Counted from the stretch's first letter, positions 9,508 to 17,987 are shown. The stretch is 17,987 nt of DNA from Prasinococcaceae sp. CCMP 1430 (GCA_013416795.1 RQSC01001246.1:1-17987), one strand, 5' to 3'. Translations and numbers: made by a program. The notes: generated by a model not told the origin, from the sequence alone.

Positions 9508-11885
9508 AAAGCAGTCGTCGAGGTCGAGGTGCCCGCGGGCGGGCCCGAGGAGGCCGCCGACGAGGCGTCGCCGGCGAACAAGCTGCCGGCGCTCAAGACG
9601 GCCGAAGGCAAGGTGATCACCGTGTCCAACGACGCCGCGCGCCACGTCTGCGCGCAGGCGCCGGGCTGCGCCCTGTACGACGCCGCCGACGCCGAGGGCG
9701 CCGCCGCCATCGACGAGTGGTGCGAGTTCTTCGCGGCCAAGCTCGACGCGCCGCTGCGCGCGTGGAAGCTCGCGCTCCGGGGGCGCGGAGAGTGCTCCGA
9801 GGACGACGCCAAGGCGGCCGAGGAGGCCTTCGACGCGCACCTCGCGACGCTCGAGACGCGCCTCGCCGCTCGCACCTTCCTCGCCGCCGACGGCGATGAG
9901 TTCACCCTCGCCGACGTCGTGGGCTACTGCACGCTGATGGAGCTCTTCGCCCTCGTCTACGACAAGGCGCGCCAGGGCAAGTACGGCGCGGTGACGCGCT
10001 GGTTCAAGACCACCCGCGCGCACCCCGACGTCAAGGCCGTGTGCGGCGAAGGCCGGCTCGCCAAGAAGGCCGCCAAGGTGGGCGGCGCGGCCAAGGCCCC
10101 GGGCGGTGGCGGAGGCGGTGGCGCCAAGCCCAACAAGCCCAAGAAGGACCCCAAGCCCGCGCAGAAGAAGAAGCAGCCCAAGAAGGAGGGCAACCAGGAC
10201 GGCCTCACCGTGACCAAGGAGGAGGACTTCGGCGAGTGGTTCTCCGAGCTCGTCACCAAGGCGGAGTTCCTCGACTACGGCCCCACCGGCCTGCGCGTGA
10301 GCGGCTGTTACATCCTGCGCCCGTGGGCGTACGAGATCTGGGAGGCCATCCGCGACTTCCTCGACGCCGAGTTCAAGAAGCGCGACGTCAAGAACGCCTA
10401 CTTCCCCATCTTCGTGACGGAGAAGGCGCTCAACGCCGAGGAGGACCACGTGGAGGGCTTCGCCGCCGAGGTGGCGTGGGTGACGCGCTCGGGCAAGTCG
10501 GAGCTCGACCAGCCGCTGGCAGTGCGCCCCACGTCGGAGACCATCATGTACCCGTGCTACGCCAACTGGGTGCGATCGCACCGCGACCTGCCGCTCAAGC
10601 TCAACCAGTGGAACAACGTCGTGCGCTGGGAATTCAAGCATCCGACGCCTTTCATCCGGTCGCGCGAGTTCCTGTGGCAGGAGGGCCACACGGCGTACGC
10701 CACGGAGGCGGAGGCCGACGTGGAGGCGCTGGCGTACCTCGAGCTGTACCGACGCACGTACGAGGAGCTCTGCGCGGTGCCCGTCATTAAGGGCGTCAAG
10801 AGCGAGAAGGAGAAGTTCGCGGGGGCAAAGTACACCACGACGGTGGAGGGGTACATCCCATTCGTCGGGCGCGGCATTCAGGGCGCCACCTCGCACTGCC
10901 TGGGCCAGAACTTCTCCAAGATGTTCGGCATCGAGTTCGAGGATGAGAAGACCAAAGAGAAGTGCTACGCCTGGCAGAACTCGTTCGGTCTCACCACTCG
11001 CACCATCGGCGTGATGCTCATGATGCACTCGGACAACAAGGGCGCCGTGCTGCCGCCGCGCGTCGCGCCCACGCAGGTTGTCGTCATCCCCATCCCCTTC
11101 AAGGTGAGTGCGCTCGCGCCGCGCTCCGCGATGCGCGCGCGTTTGACCTGTGCAGGTGATGAACGATCATTCAGGGCGAGCCGGCAAGCGATGAAGCCCT
11201 CACAAAAACACTCTAATTTTTTGCTTATGCACTGAGCGAAGCGCGGCGCGTTCTCGCCCGCGCGCGCTCGCGCCCGTTCTGACCGAGCGCGCGCGCGTGC
11301 GCGCGCGGCGCCCCGAAGGATCACCAGCGCGAGCAGCTCGTGGCCAAGGCCGACGAGATCGCGGCGCAGCTGAAGGCCGCCGGCGTGCGCGTGACCGTCG
11401 ACGCGCGCGATAACTACACGCCCGGCTGGAAGTACAACTTTTACGAGCTCAAGGGCGTCCCGTTGCGCCTTGAGCTCGGTCCCAAGGACATGGACAAGGA
11501 GTCGGTGATGACGGTGCGCCGCGACACGGGCGCCAAGGTGCCCATCGCGTGGAAGGACCTCAGCGGGGTGCCGGCGATGCTCGAGACGATGCAGCAGGAG
11601 ATGCTGGACAGCGCTCGTCGCATGATGGAGGCGAGCAAGGTGGTGGTGACCAAGTGGGAGGACTTCGTGCCGGCCCTCGACCAGAAGAAGTTCTGCATGA
11701 CGCCCTGGTGCGAGGACCCCGAGAGCGAGGAGGAGGTGAAGGTGCGCTCGGCGGCCGAGTCGGACGGCGGGGCCGCCAAGACGCTGTGCATCCCCTACGA
11801 CCAGCCGCCCATGCCCGAGGGCACCAAGTGCTTCATCACGGGCAAGCCGGCAAAGCGCTGGGTCCTCTGGGGCAGGAGCTACTAG
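9508..11885 (+). CDS. ProRS: Cytosolic (eukaryote/archaea-type) prolyl-tRNA synthetase with N-terminal EF1B-gamma-like GST domain; first exon not found
   Basis: GST_N-like [30 protein letters not shown]-like [19 protein letters not shown]...RWFKT, Lys-rich linker, then [53 protein letters not shown], and C-terminal WGRSY*. Intron 11104..11318 (GTGAGT...AAG, phase 0) joins IPFK|DHQREQ. No in-frame ATG after the TAG at 9466; start coordinate is a candidate acceptor. Confidence 0.95.
11150..11240 (+). ncRNA. Candidate intronic box C/D snoRNA in ProRS intron
   Basis: Box C GTGATGA 11156-11162, C'-like GCGATGA near 11188, box D CTGA 11232-11235; AACACTCTAATTTTTT (11207-11222) is complementary to conserved 18S AAAAAAUUAGAGUGUU (recalled); flanking 11-bp inverted repeat 11115-11125/11240-11250. 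Confidence 0.55.
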
Positions 11886-11921
11886 CGTAGTGCTCGGCAG
11901 TGTACGAGGAACTCGCCAACA

Positions 11922-11926
11922 TGTAA
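11922..11926 (+). terminator. TGTAA polyadenylation signal candidate
   Basis: TGTAA 37 nt after the ProRS stop. Confidence 0.5.
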
Positions 11927-12036
11927 CATGCGGATTCGTGCGAGGCGCGCTCGCATGTATTTCCACTATTTGTGTGCCTGTATGTGTGTGTGCGTGCGCG
12001 CGAGAGCGCGAGCGCACGCGCGGGCGCGCGCGCCCT

Positions 12037-12477
12037 CTACGCCGCCTTCTTCGGCTGTCCCTTCTTCTTGGACCCCTTCTTCTTCTTCTTGGCCGGGGCT
12101 TGTTCCTCGGACACGTCGGTGGGCTGGTCTTCGGCGGGCGCCGCGGGCCGCTTCTTGGACTTCTTGGCGGTGGCGGGCGTCGCCACCTCCCACGTGACCG
12201 CCGCGGGCGCCGCGGGGGCGTCATCGCCGTCCTCGTTGTCCTCCGCCGGTGCCGCCGCCCCCGCCCCCGCACTCGTGCCCGCCTCGCCGGCGCCCGCGAG
12301 CGCCGCCTTGTGCGCGCTCCACTCGGCCGCGATGAAGCCCATGAGCTCCTTCATGTGCACGCCCGGGTGGGCGGCCTTCACGCGCGCCGAGTTCTCCTTG
12401 ACGAACATGTTGTACGCCGAGGGCGCGCGCGGGGCGCGCTTCTTCTTCTCTTTCTTGCCCGCCTTGCCCTTCTTGCC
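12037..12477 (-). CDS. Small basic protein with a YABBY-type HMG box (main exon; first exon uncertain)
   Basis: After GTCAG acceptor (12478-12479): GKKGKAGKKEKKKRAPRAPSAYNMFVKENSARVKAAHPGVHMKELMGFIAAEW, matching the PSAYN.F.K..RIK..NP...H.E......W pattern, then an Ala/acidic linker and Lys-rich tail. Possible first exon MHSA at 12708..12697 has a weak donor. Confidence 0.8.
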   Translation of the reverse strand, partial: GKKGKAGKKEKKKRAPRAPSAYNMFVKENSARVKAAHPGVHMKELMGFIAAEWSAHKAALAGAGEAGTSAGAGAAAPAEDNEDGDDAPAAPAAVTWEVATPATAKKSKKRPAAPAEDQPTDVSEEQAPAKKKKKGSKKKGQPKKAA

Positions 12478-13641
12478 CTGACGCGAGGGGGCCGTGGTCG
12501 TGCGGGCGTGAGTGCGCGCACCCTGTGTGAGCAACACGACATGTGCGCTGCGACGAAATTCAAAAAATGTGTCACGCTCGCACGCCCGCGCGCACACGCA
12601 CGTGCGCGCAGGAACATGCAGGCGCACGAAGGCAGGCACGCCCGCGGGCGTGCGCGCGCGCGCACAGGCGTGCGCGCGCGCGCTCAATAATAATACCGCG
12701 GAATGCATTTCGTTTCGAAGCGCCGCGTCCCGTGCATCCTCGAGGACGTCTCCAAACCCCGCCAACGCGCATTTCGCGACCGCCTGCGAAACCGGCGCCG
12801 ATCCCAGGCGATCCCCCCCGAGCCCGCGCGCGCCCCTCCACTCCACCCCGCCCCCCCCCCTTACCCCGGGGAAGGGGAAACTCCCGCACCCGGTCAGCGA
12901 TGCGCGACCAGGGTCTGTGCCGCCGCACCCCGCTCATTTGCGGGCTATTTTGAGTTTGCGGAGGGTCAGCCCCGGTCTGCTCTTCTTCGTCGCACGTCAA
13001 ACGACCGCGCCCCTCGCGTGGGCGCCGCTTTTCATAATTGAGGTCAAATCAAAACAGGGTCTAGGAACATCGCGATGCTGGTGACGGGACCGGTGGACTC
13101 CTGGGCTGGACGATCGCGACCCGCGCGCGCGCGCGCGCAGGCCGCCCGACGGGAACCCAGGATCCGATGGACGATCCGCCTTCCGGGCGGCGGGGCGCGG
13201 CCCGCGACAAGCAAGTCAAACCAGCCATCAGCTCCGGCCGCGCGCGCGAGGTCTGGCCCGTGAAGGACGGCGCTTTGGGATTTGCACACGGAACCCAAAT
13301 CGCACCCTCCGAAAACGACTGTAAGAACACACGTATTTTGAGGTAAAACGCGCCCATGGTAAACCCTCTAAGCACACTGGCACTGCCTAACGAACTCGAT
13401 GCCGCGGCGTCGGTGCCACCAGGCAGGCCCTCCCCCCGGACAGTGCGTGTCGACGCGTTTAGGTATTTTACAGTAGGGTGTAGAAGCGCGTCGTTGCGAC
13501 GTCGTATTCAGCGCTCGCGTCGGCGCATGGGGTGAAGGTTGGTCCCGGCGCGAGCGAGTCCCCCATCCCCTTCCCCCTCCCCCCTTCCCCGCGCCGTGGC
13601 CCCGGCGCGCGAGCGCCGCCCGGCCGCGCCGGGTCGTGCGC

Positions 13642-13700
13642 GAACCCTAACACTGCTAACCGCTTTTTGAATTTGGATCGCGCGCGAAACGTTTCGCGCG
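13642..13700. promoter_or_regulatory. Promoter-like cluster: telo-box-like GAACCCTAA, TTTGAA, and a 20-bp palindrome with two inverted E2F-consensus sites
   Basis: CGCGCGAAACGTTTCGCGCG at 13681-13700 is a perfect palindrome containing GCGCGAAA and TTTCGCGC (TTTSSCGC consensus). Confidence 0.4.
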
Positions 13701-13796
13701 GCGCCGGCCGCATGCGTTTTGGCCTCGTGGCGAGCTCGCCCACGGGCGAGTTCCAGGGGGGCCGAATGCGGCACGCGCGCGGCGCCGGCCGAACGC

Positions 13797-13989
13797 CTAC
13801 GTGATGCCCAAGGACTGCCCGCTGAGCCGCGCGGCGGCGCGCGTCGCCGCCGCGCCGAACTCCTCGAGCAGGACGACGACCACGCCCGAGGCCACCGCCA
13901 CCGCGTCCATCGCCACCCCCCCGGCCCCCACAGGCGAGCGCGCGAAGAGCGCCCCGCGCGGCCGCCCGAGCAAGGCCAGTGCTGCAGCA
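13797..13989 (-). CDS. Possible terminal exon of a hypothetical protein
   Basis: GC3-rich reading LALLGRPRGALFARSPVGAGGVAMDAVAVASGVVVVLLEEFG...LGIT* after a CAG; no recognisable homology, and the antisense frame is also open. Confidence 0.25.
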
Positions 13990-14366
13990 CCTCCCCTCCC
14001 CCCTCCACCTGCTGCCGCCGCTGCTGCGCTCTGCGCGCGCACTGTGGCGCTCCGCGACGCGCCGGTTGGCACACTCAAACCAAATCCCCAATTGTTCCCC
14101 TCCAAAATAACACTACCCAGAAAATTCGGGAATAAAGTACAGTATGTCTTCATTGAAGGTGTGTGCCACCTGGCATTCACGCGGCGATGAAATTCGAAAC
14201 TCCCGCCCCCCGAAACCCGCGCGCGCGCCGCGCCCCCCCCCCCCGGGGGCGGGCCCGGATTCGAACCGAAACCGGAAGAGCTGATTAGGGGTAATTTGAG
14301 AGGGTCTCAAAGGTAAACCCGAGCTGGCCGAATCGGAGATCCGCTTATTAGGGTCAGGGTTCCGAA

Positions 14367-14605
14367 CCTCCTCCTCCTCCTGCTGCTGCTGCTGCCGCCG
14401 CTGCTGCTGCTGCTGCAGTCGGCGGTGGTGGTAGCGGTGGTGGTGGCAGCGGTGGTGGTGGCGGTAGCGTGCGTCGCGAGTGGACCCATGGCGGCTACTG
14501 GAGAGCCAGGCGCGTCCAGTGGCAGCAGCTGGAGCTGGTGGTGGTGCTGCGTCCGCTGCTGCTGCTGCTGCTGCTGCTGACGATGATGATGATGAGATGA
14601 TGCTG
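14367..14605. repeat. Mixed trinucleotide microsatellite patch (CTC/CTG/GTG/GAT runs)
   Basis: Successive (CTC)n, (CTG)n, (GTG)n, (CTG)n and (GAT)n runs. Confidence 0.85.
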
Positions 14606-14653
14606 CGTGCGTGAGGGCGCTGCAGCGGCGGTGTCCATGGTGCCACAGCGGCC

Positions 14654-15333
14654 ATGGCACGCGGCGGGCGGGAATTGCTCCCCTCCCGCGCCGCCCTCGC
14701 TCGCTCGCTCGCTGGTCGCCGCCGGGTCTGGGAATCCTCGCCCCCTCTTCGCACGTGCGGGGGGTGACGTGTGCGCGACGCGGCGGACGCGGCCATTGCC
14801 GAGCACAGGCTCGCCGAGGCCGCGGGCGGCCTGGCGGGCCTCGCAGCGGCCGCGGCGGGGCTCGACGGCGCGCCTATGAGCGAGGCATCGCGCCGCCTCA
14901 AGGCGAGGAGGGACGCGTGCTGGGTACGCGAGCGAGCGAGCGAGCGCGCGAGCGAGTGCGAGGATGGGCCCGCGCCTGCGCATGTGCCCGTCCATGTGCT
15001 CACAGATGCTCGCACGCGCCCGTACGCGCGTGCGCGTGCACTTGCTTATGCGCGCACCGCCAGGAGGAGATCGTGTCCCGCGGCGCGCATGCCGGCGGCC
15101 TCGGTTGGCTGCCGAGGTCGTTCTATCGTGACCATGTGCGGCTGATGGATGTGCACGAGCTCGCGCTCTTCGAGGCGGTGCTCGCGACGGACGCAGCTGC
15201 GCTGGCCGAGGCGCTAGTGCAGCGGCCCGCGCGCGACGCCGCGCTGGAGGCCAACCATGTCTTTCGCACGCTTCGGCAGTACTGGCGCTACTGGGGAGGC
15301 GCGGGTCACGCCAGGGGCGGGGAGTATCGATGA
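14654..15333 (+). CDS. Divergent Sdh5/SDHAF2-fold protein with a mitochondrial-type presequence
   Basis: Proposed exons 14654..14754, 14809..14923, 15064..15333 with phase-compatible GT-AG introns. C-terminal FYRDHVRLMDVHELALFEAVL...ANHVFRTLRQY follows the SDHAF2 spacing (F..EH...M....L.LYD.L...N.V...LR.F) without gaps in the first block. Confidence 0.6.
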
Positions 15334-15594
15334 GCGCGGTCTCTCTCCGTACGTCTGGTGTGTCCGCACTTGGACAAGGCCCGGTGTTGTATGCATACTG
15401 TACGTCTTGTTGTACAAATACAAGAAGCACGCGCGCGAGCGCGAGCGCGAGCGCACGAGAGACACGCGCGCGCGCGCACGCACACACTCCTCCGCAACAA
15501 AATCGGCGCGGCCGTTGGCCTATCATCCCCACCGGAGGGGTGGGGAAGGGGCGTCTCGGGACCGCGGCGCGGGCGCGCGCGCCATCCGCGCCCC

Positions 15595-17541
15595 TCACCG
15601 CATAGCCGAGCAGAAGAGGTCGTCGTCGTCTGAGGATGACGAGCCGTCCTCCCCTTCGGCCACCGGCGCGAGCGCGCTGTCCGCGCCCGCCAGGCGGGGC
15701 CGCCTGGTGGGCGTCGCGCGCTCCAGCGCCTCCTGCTCCTCGCGCTCCAGCAGGCGGTGCCGCTCCTTCAGGCGGTTGCGAACGTAGTCCGCGGTCCGTT
15801 TGAGTGTCGGGCGGCCGTCGTCCTGGAAGGTGCGCTTGACGCGGGCGTCCATCCTGTTGAGCGCGGTGAGGAAGGCGACGAGGTCGGCCGAAGCCGGTGC
15901 GTCAGTCTCAACGCCGAAGGCGTCGAAGGCGTCCGACTGCTCCAGCTCCTCACTTGGGGCGAAGCCACCGGCGTCGCCCAGGCCGATGTTGACCAGCGAC
16001 AGATGGGCGGCCATCATGAGGAGCTCAACGCGCGTGGCGTCCGAGGCGGGCACCACCGCGACCTTCATGCCGAGCGCCAGCACCTCGCGCGCGTCCGCGG
16101 GCTCAGCCTCCCCGACACCGAACTCGTGGAGCGCGATGCGTGCCGCGCGCACGCTGAGCGCGCGCGCGGCCGCGCTAGGGGCACCCGCGCCCGCGATCGC
16201 CCGCAGCGCTTCCGCCACGGCGGCGGGCCGCGACGCGCACTCGGCCGCACAGCACGCCGCGCGCTGCGGGACCTCGCCGCCGCGCTGCATGGCGCATCGC
16301 GCCATGGCGCCCACCGCGGCTTCGGCTGTCGGTCGGGCTGCGCACGCGCGCACGTCCAGCGCGAGGAGGCGGGCGGCGACGACCAGCAGCTCGAGCAGCG
16401 TGTCGTCCTGCAGCAGAGGGATGCCGCTCGCAAGCTCCGAGGCGGCGGCCGCCGCGGCGACGAGCAGGATGCTCGAGATGCGGTCGAGCGCTGCCGCGTC
16501 GGGCGCAGCGGGCACGCCCTTGGCGGGGGCGTACGCCGCATTCGACATGATGCGGGCGTCGGGCGGCGCCTTGACCATGTACCCGTTCGCCGCCAGCGCG
16601 GCGAGGAAGTCGTCGGTCGTCGGGAACCACTCCAGCTCGCGCGGGGGAGCGCCGTCAGCGCACACCGCCGCGACGGGAGATGCGCCCGCCAGCCGCCAAT
16701 CGACGCCGAGCGCCGCTGCGAGGGCGAGTGCCGCCTGCCTGTGGCGCGCCGCGTCGCCCTCCACGAGCCCAAACAGCCAGCGCACTACCGAACGCGCCAC
16801 GGGTTTCTTGGCGGCTCGTTCCGCCGTTCTGCACTCTGCCACGGCCGCAGCGCTCGGCGGCGCGAGCAGGTCCGCAAGCCAGCCCTGGGCGAGGAGCTTG
16901 CCCGCGTACTCCTCGCACGCGCCCGCGTCCGCGCGAATCGGTGGCGCTCCTGCAACGCCGAGAAGCTTCGGCGCCGGCGCCGGGGGCGCGTGGCGCGCCG
17001 CCTCCGACGCGGGCGCCTCCAGGACCTCCTCGGCGGAGCCATCGCCGATGTCCCCGAGCGCGCCGTCGTCCTCCCCGCCGGTCACCTCGCGCAGCGTCGC
17101 CTCGATGCCGGCGTTGAGCCGCTGCATCCCCTTCACCCTCTCGGCGGCCTGCGCGGCCTCCTTGTGCCGCCGCCGCTCCGCCAGCCCCCCGCCGCCGCCG
17201 ACAAAGCCTCCGCCGTCGTCGTCGCTGCTGCTGCTCTCGTCGCTGCCGCCGTCGGCGTCTTCGATCGGGTCGGCGCCCTTGTAGCTATCCTCCAGCAGGT
17301 CGTCGAGCGAGATGACGCCGCTGGCGCTACCCTTCTTCTGCGTACGCATCGCGTTGCGGCGCAGCGTCGAAATGGGCGCAGGGGTGGCCGTTGCGGCCAC
17401 GCCGAAGTCGTCGTCGTCGCTGTCGCTGTCGGCCGCCAGGGGATCCGACCTCTTTGGCACACCGGCCGCTTTGTTCGCCGCCTTCTTCGGCGCAGCGAAC
17501 GACAGCTTGGCCTGCGCGCCGGCCTTCCTCTTCGGCGGCAT
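15595..17541 (-). CDS. 648-aa protein, tentatively SLF2/FAM178 (CANIN, SMC5/6-associated)-like
   Basis: Clear single-exon ORF from MPPKRKAG with high GC3. Motifs VISLDDLLEDSYK, LLAQGWL, VVRWLFGL and WFPTTDDFLAALAANGY recall the FAM178/SLF2 pattern; family assignment is from memory only. Confidence 0.7.
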   Translation of the reverse strand: MPPKRKAGAQAKLSFAAPKKAANKAAGVPKRSDPLAADSDSDDDDFGVAATATPAPISTLRRNAMRTQKKGSASGVISLDDLLEDSYKGADPIEDADGGSDESSSSDDDGGGFVGGGGGLAERRRHKEAAQAAERVKGMQRLNAGIEATLREVTGGEDDGALGDIGDGSAEEVLEAPASEAARHAPPAPAPKLLGVAGAPPIRADAGACEEYAGKLLAQGWLADLLAPPSAAAVAECRTAERAAKKPVARSVVRWLFGLVEGDAARHRQAALALAAALGVDWRLAGASPVAAVCADGAPPRELEWFPTTDDFLAALAANGYMVKAPPDARIMSNAAYAPAKGVPAAPDAAALDRISSILLVAAAAAASELASGIPLLQDDTLLELLVVAARLLALDVRACAARPTAEAAVGAMARCAMQRGGEVPQRAACCAAECASRPAAVAEALRAIAGAGAPSAAARALSVRAARIALHEFGVGEAEPADAREVLALGMKVAVVPASDATRVELLMMAAHLSLVNIGLGDAGGFAPSEELEQSDAFDAFGVETDAPASADLVAFLTALNRMDARVKRTFQDDGRPTLKRTADYVRNRLKERHRLLEREEQEALERATPTRRPRLAGADSALAPVAEGEDGSSSSDDDDLFCSAMR

Positions 17542-17737
17542 CGCGCGTGCGGCGTCCCGCGCGCCGCGCGCACTCCCCCTGCGTGCGCACGTGCGCCGGC
17601 GGCCGCGCCAAATCCTCGCGGCGAAGCCGATCCTGCCGCCGCGGCGGCAGAGGAGGAGGCGGCCGCGGCGGAGGGGGGGCCGAGGCGGAGGTGGTGACGA
17701 GCGCGGCCGCGCCGCAGGCGACGCCCCCCGCGGCTTC

Positions 17738-17746
17738 TTAGGGTTT
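17738..17746 (-). promoter_or_regulatory. Telo-box (AAACCCTAA)
   Basis: TTAGGGTTT on + equals AAACCCTAA on -, about 200 nt upstream of the ATG at 17541. Confidence 0.5.
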
Positions 17747-17987
17747 AATCCATTCATTCGCCGCGCATGCGCCTTTTGACACGGCGCCTAATACGGCCTC
17801 ATGCGCACAGGGCCAGGCTGCGACGGTGTATCGTTTTTAATGCGCGCGCGGGGGCCGGGAGGGCCACCGCTCTCGCACCCCCCCGGGGGCGCGGGATGCG
17901 GCCGGCCAGAGGGGGGGGGGATGAGGGTGAGGGGGCGGGCGGCGTCGGACCGCGATGAGATCGTCACATCCCTACGCACTACGAGTG

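Noticed and set aside
12520-12590. Single-hairpin ACA RNA in the HMG-gene intron (GAGC...GCTC-ACA), with a similar pattern in intron 14924-15063
   Set aside because: No H box or second hairpin, and the pocket-to-ACA spacing is not canonical.
14230-14330. tRNA or Pol III gene (B-box GGTTCGAATCC on -, 14267-14257)
   Set aside because: No acceptor stem, D arm or anticodon arm can be built around it.
14285-14361. Interstitial telomeric repeat
   Set aside because: Only two or three degenerate TTAGGG-like words, not a tandem array; better read as telo-box-like motifs.
14654-14808. In-frame TGA after TCGG (a CxxU, SelM-like TCGGU motif) suggesting a selenoprotein
   Set aside because: A phase-compatible GT-AG intron (14755-14808) removes the TGA, the downstream sequence is not SelM-like, and no SECIS (AUGA...AA...GA) is evident after 15333.

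Overview
Eukaryotic, very GC-rich, gene-dense DNA with few introns, most consistent with a green alga (plant-type DDX21/RH7 and ProRS sequences, TGTAA signals after two stop codons). It is not prokaryotic, and no CRISPR array or defence island is supported. Order: DDX21/RH7-type DEAD-box helicase (-, runs off the left edge); an orphan CHZ-motif exon (+); a nested hairpin/tandem repeat block; glycine cleavage T protein (+); SPT5 (-); a 443-nt N gap; an EF1B-gamma-like GST domain fused to prolyl-tRNA synthetase (+); a small YABBY-type HMG-box protein (-); about 1.6 kb of poorly explained sequence with promoter-like motifs; a degenerate Sdh5/SDHAF2-like protein (+); and an SLF2/FAM178-like protein (-). 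The best-supported hidden features are intronic box C/D snoRNAs: a double-guide one in the helicase intron aimed at the LSU GTPase-associated centre, and a less canonical one in the ProRS intron with 16 nt complementary to 18S. Gene models were spliced by eye, and rRNA and protein comparisons are from recalled sequences rather than searches. The 5' ends of several genes are uncertain.
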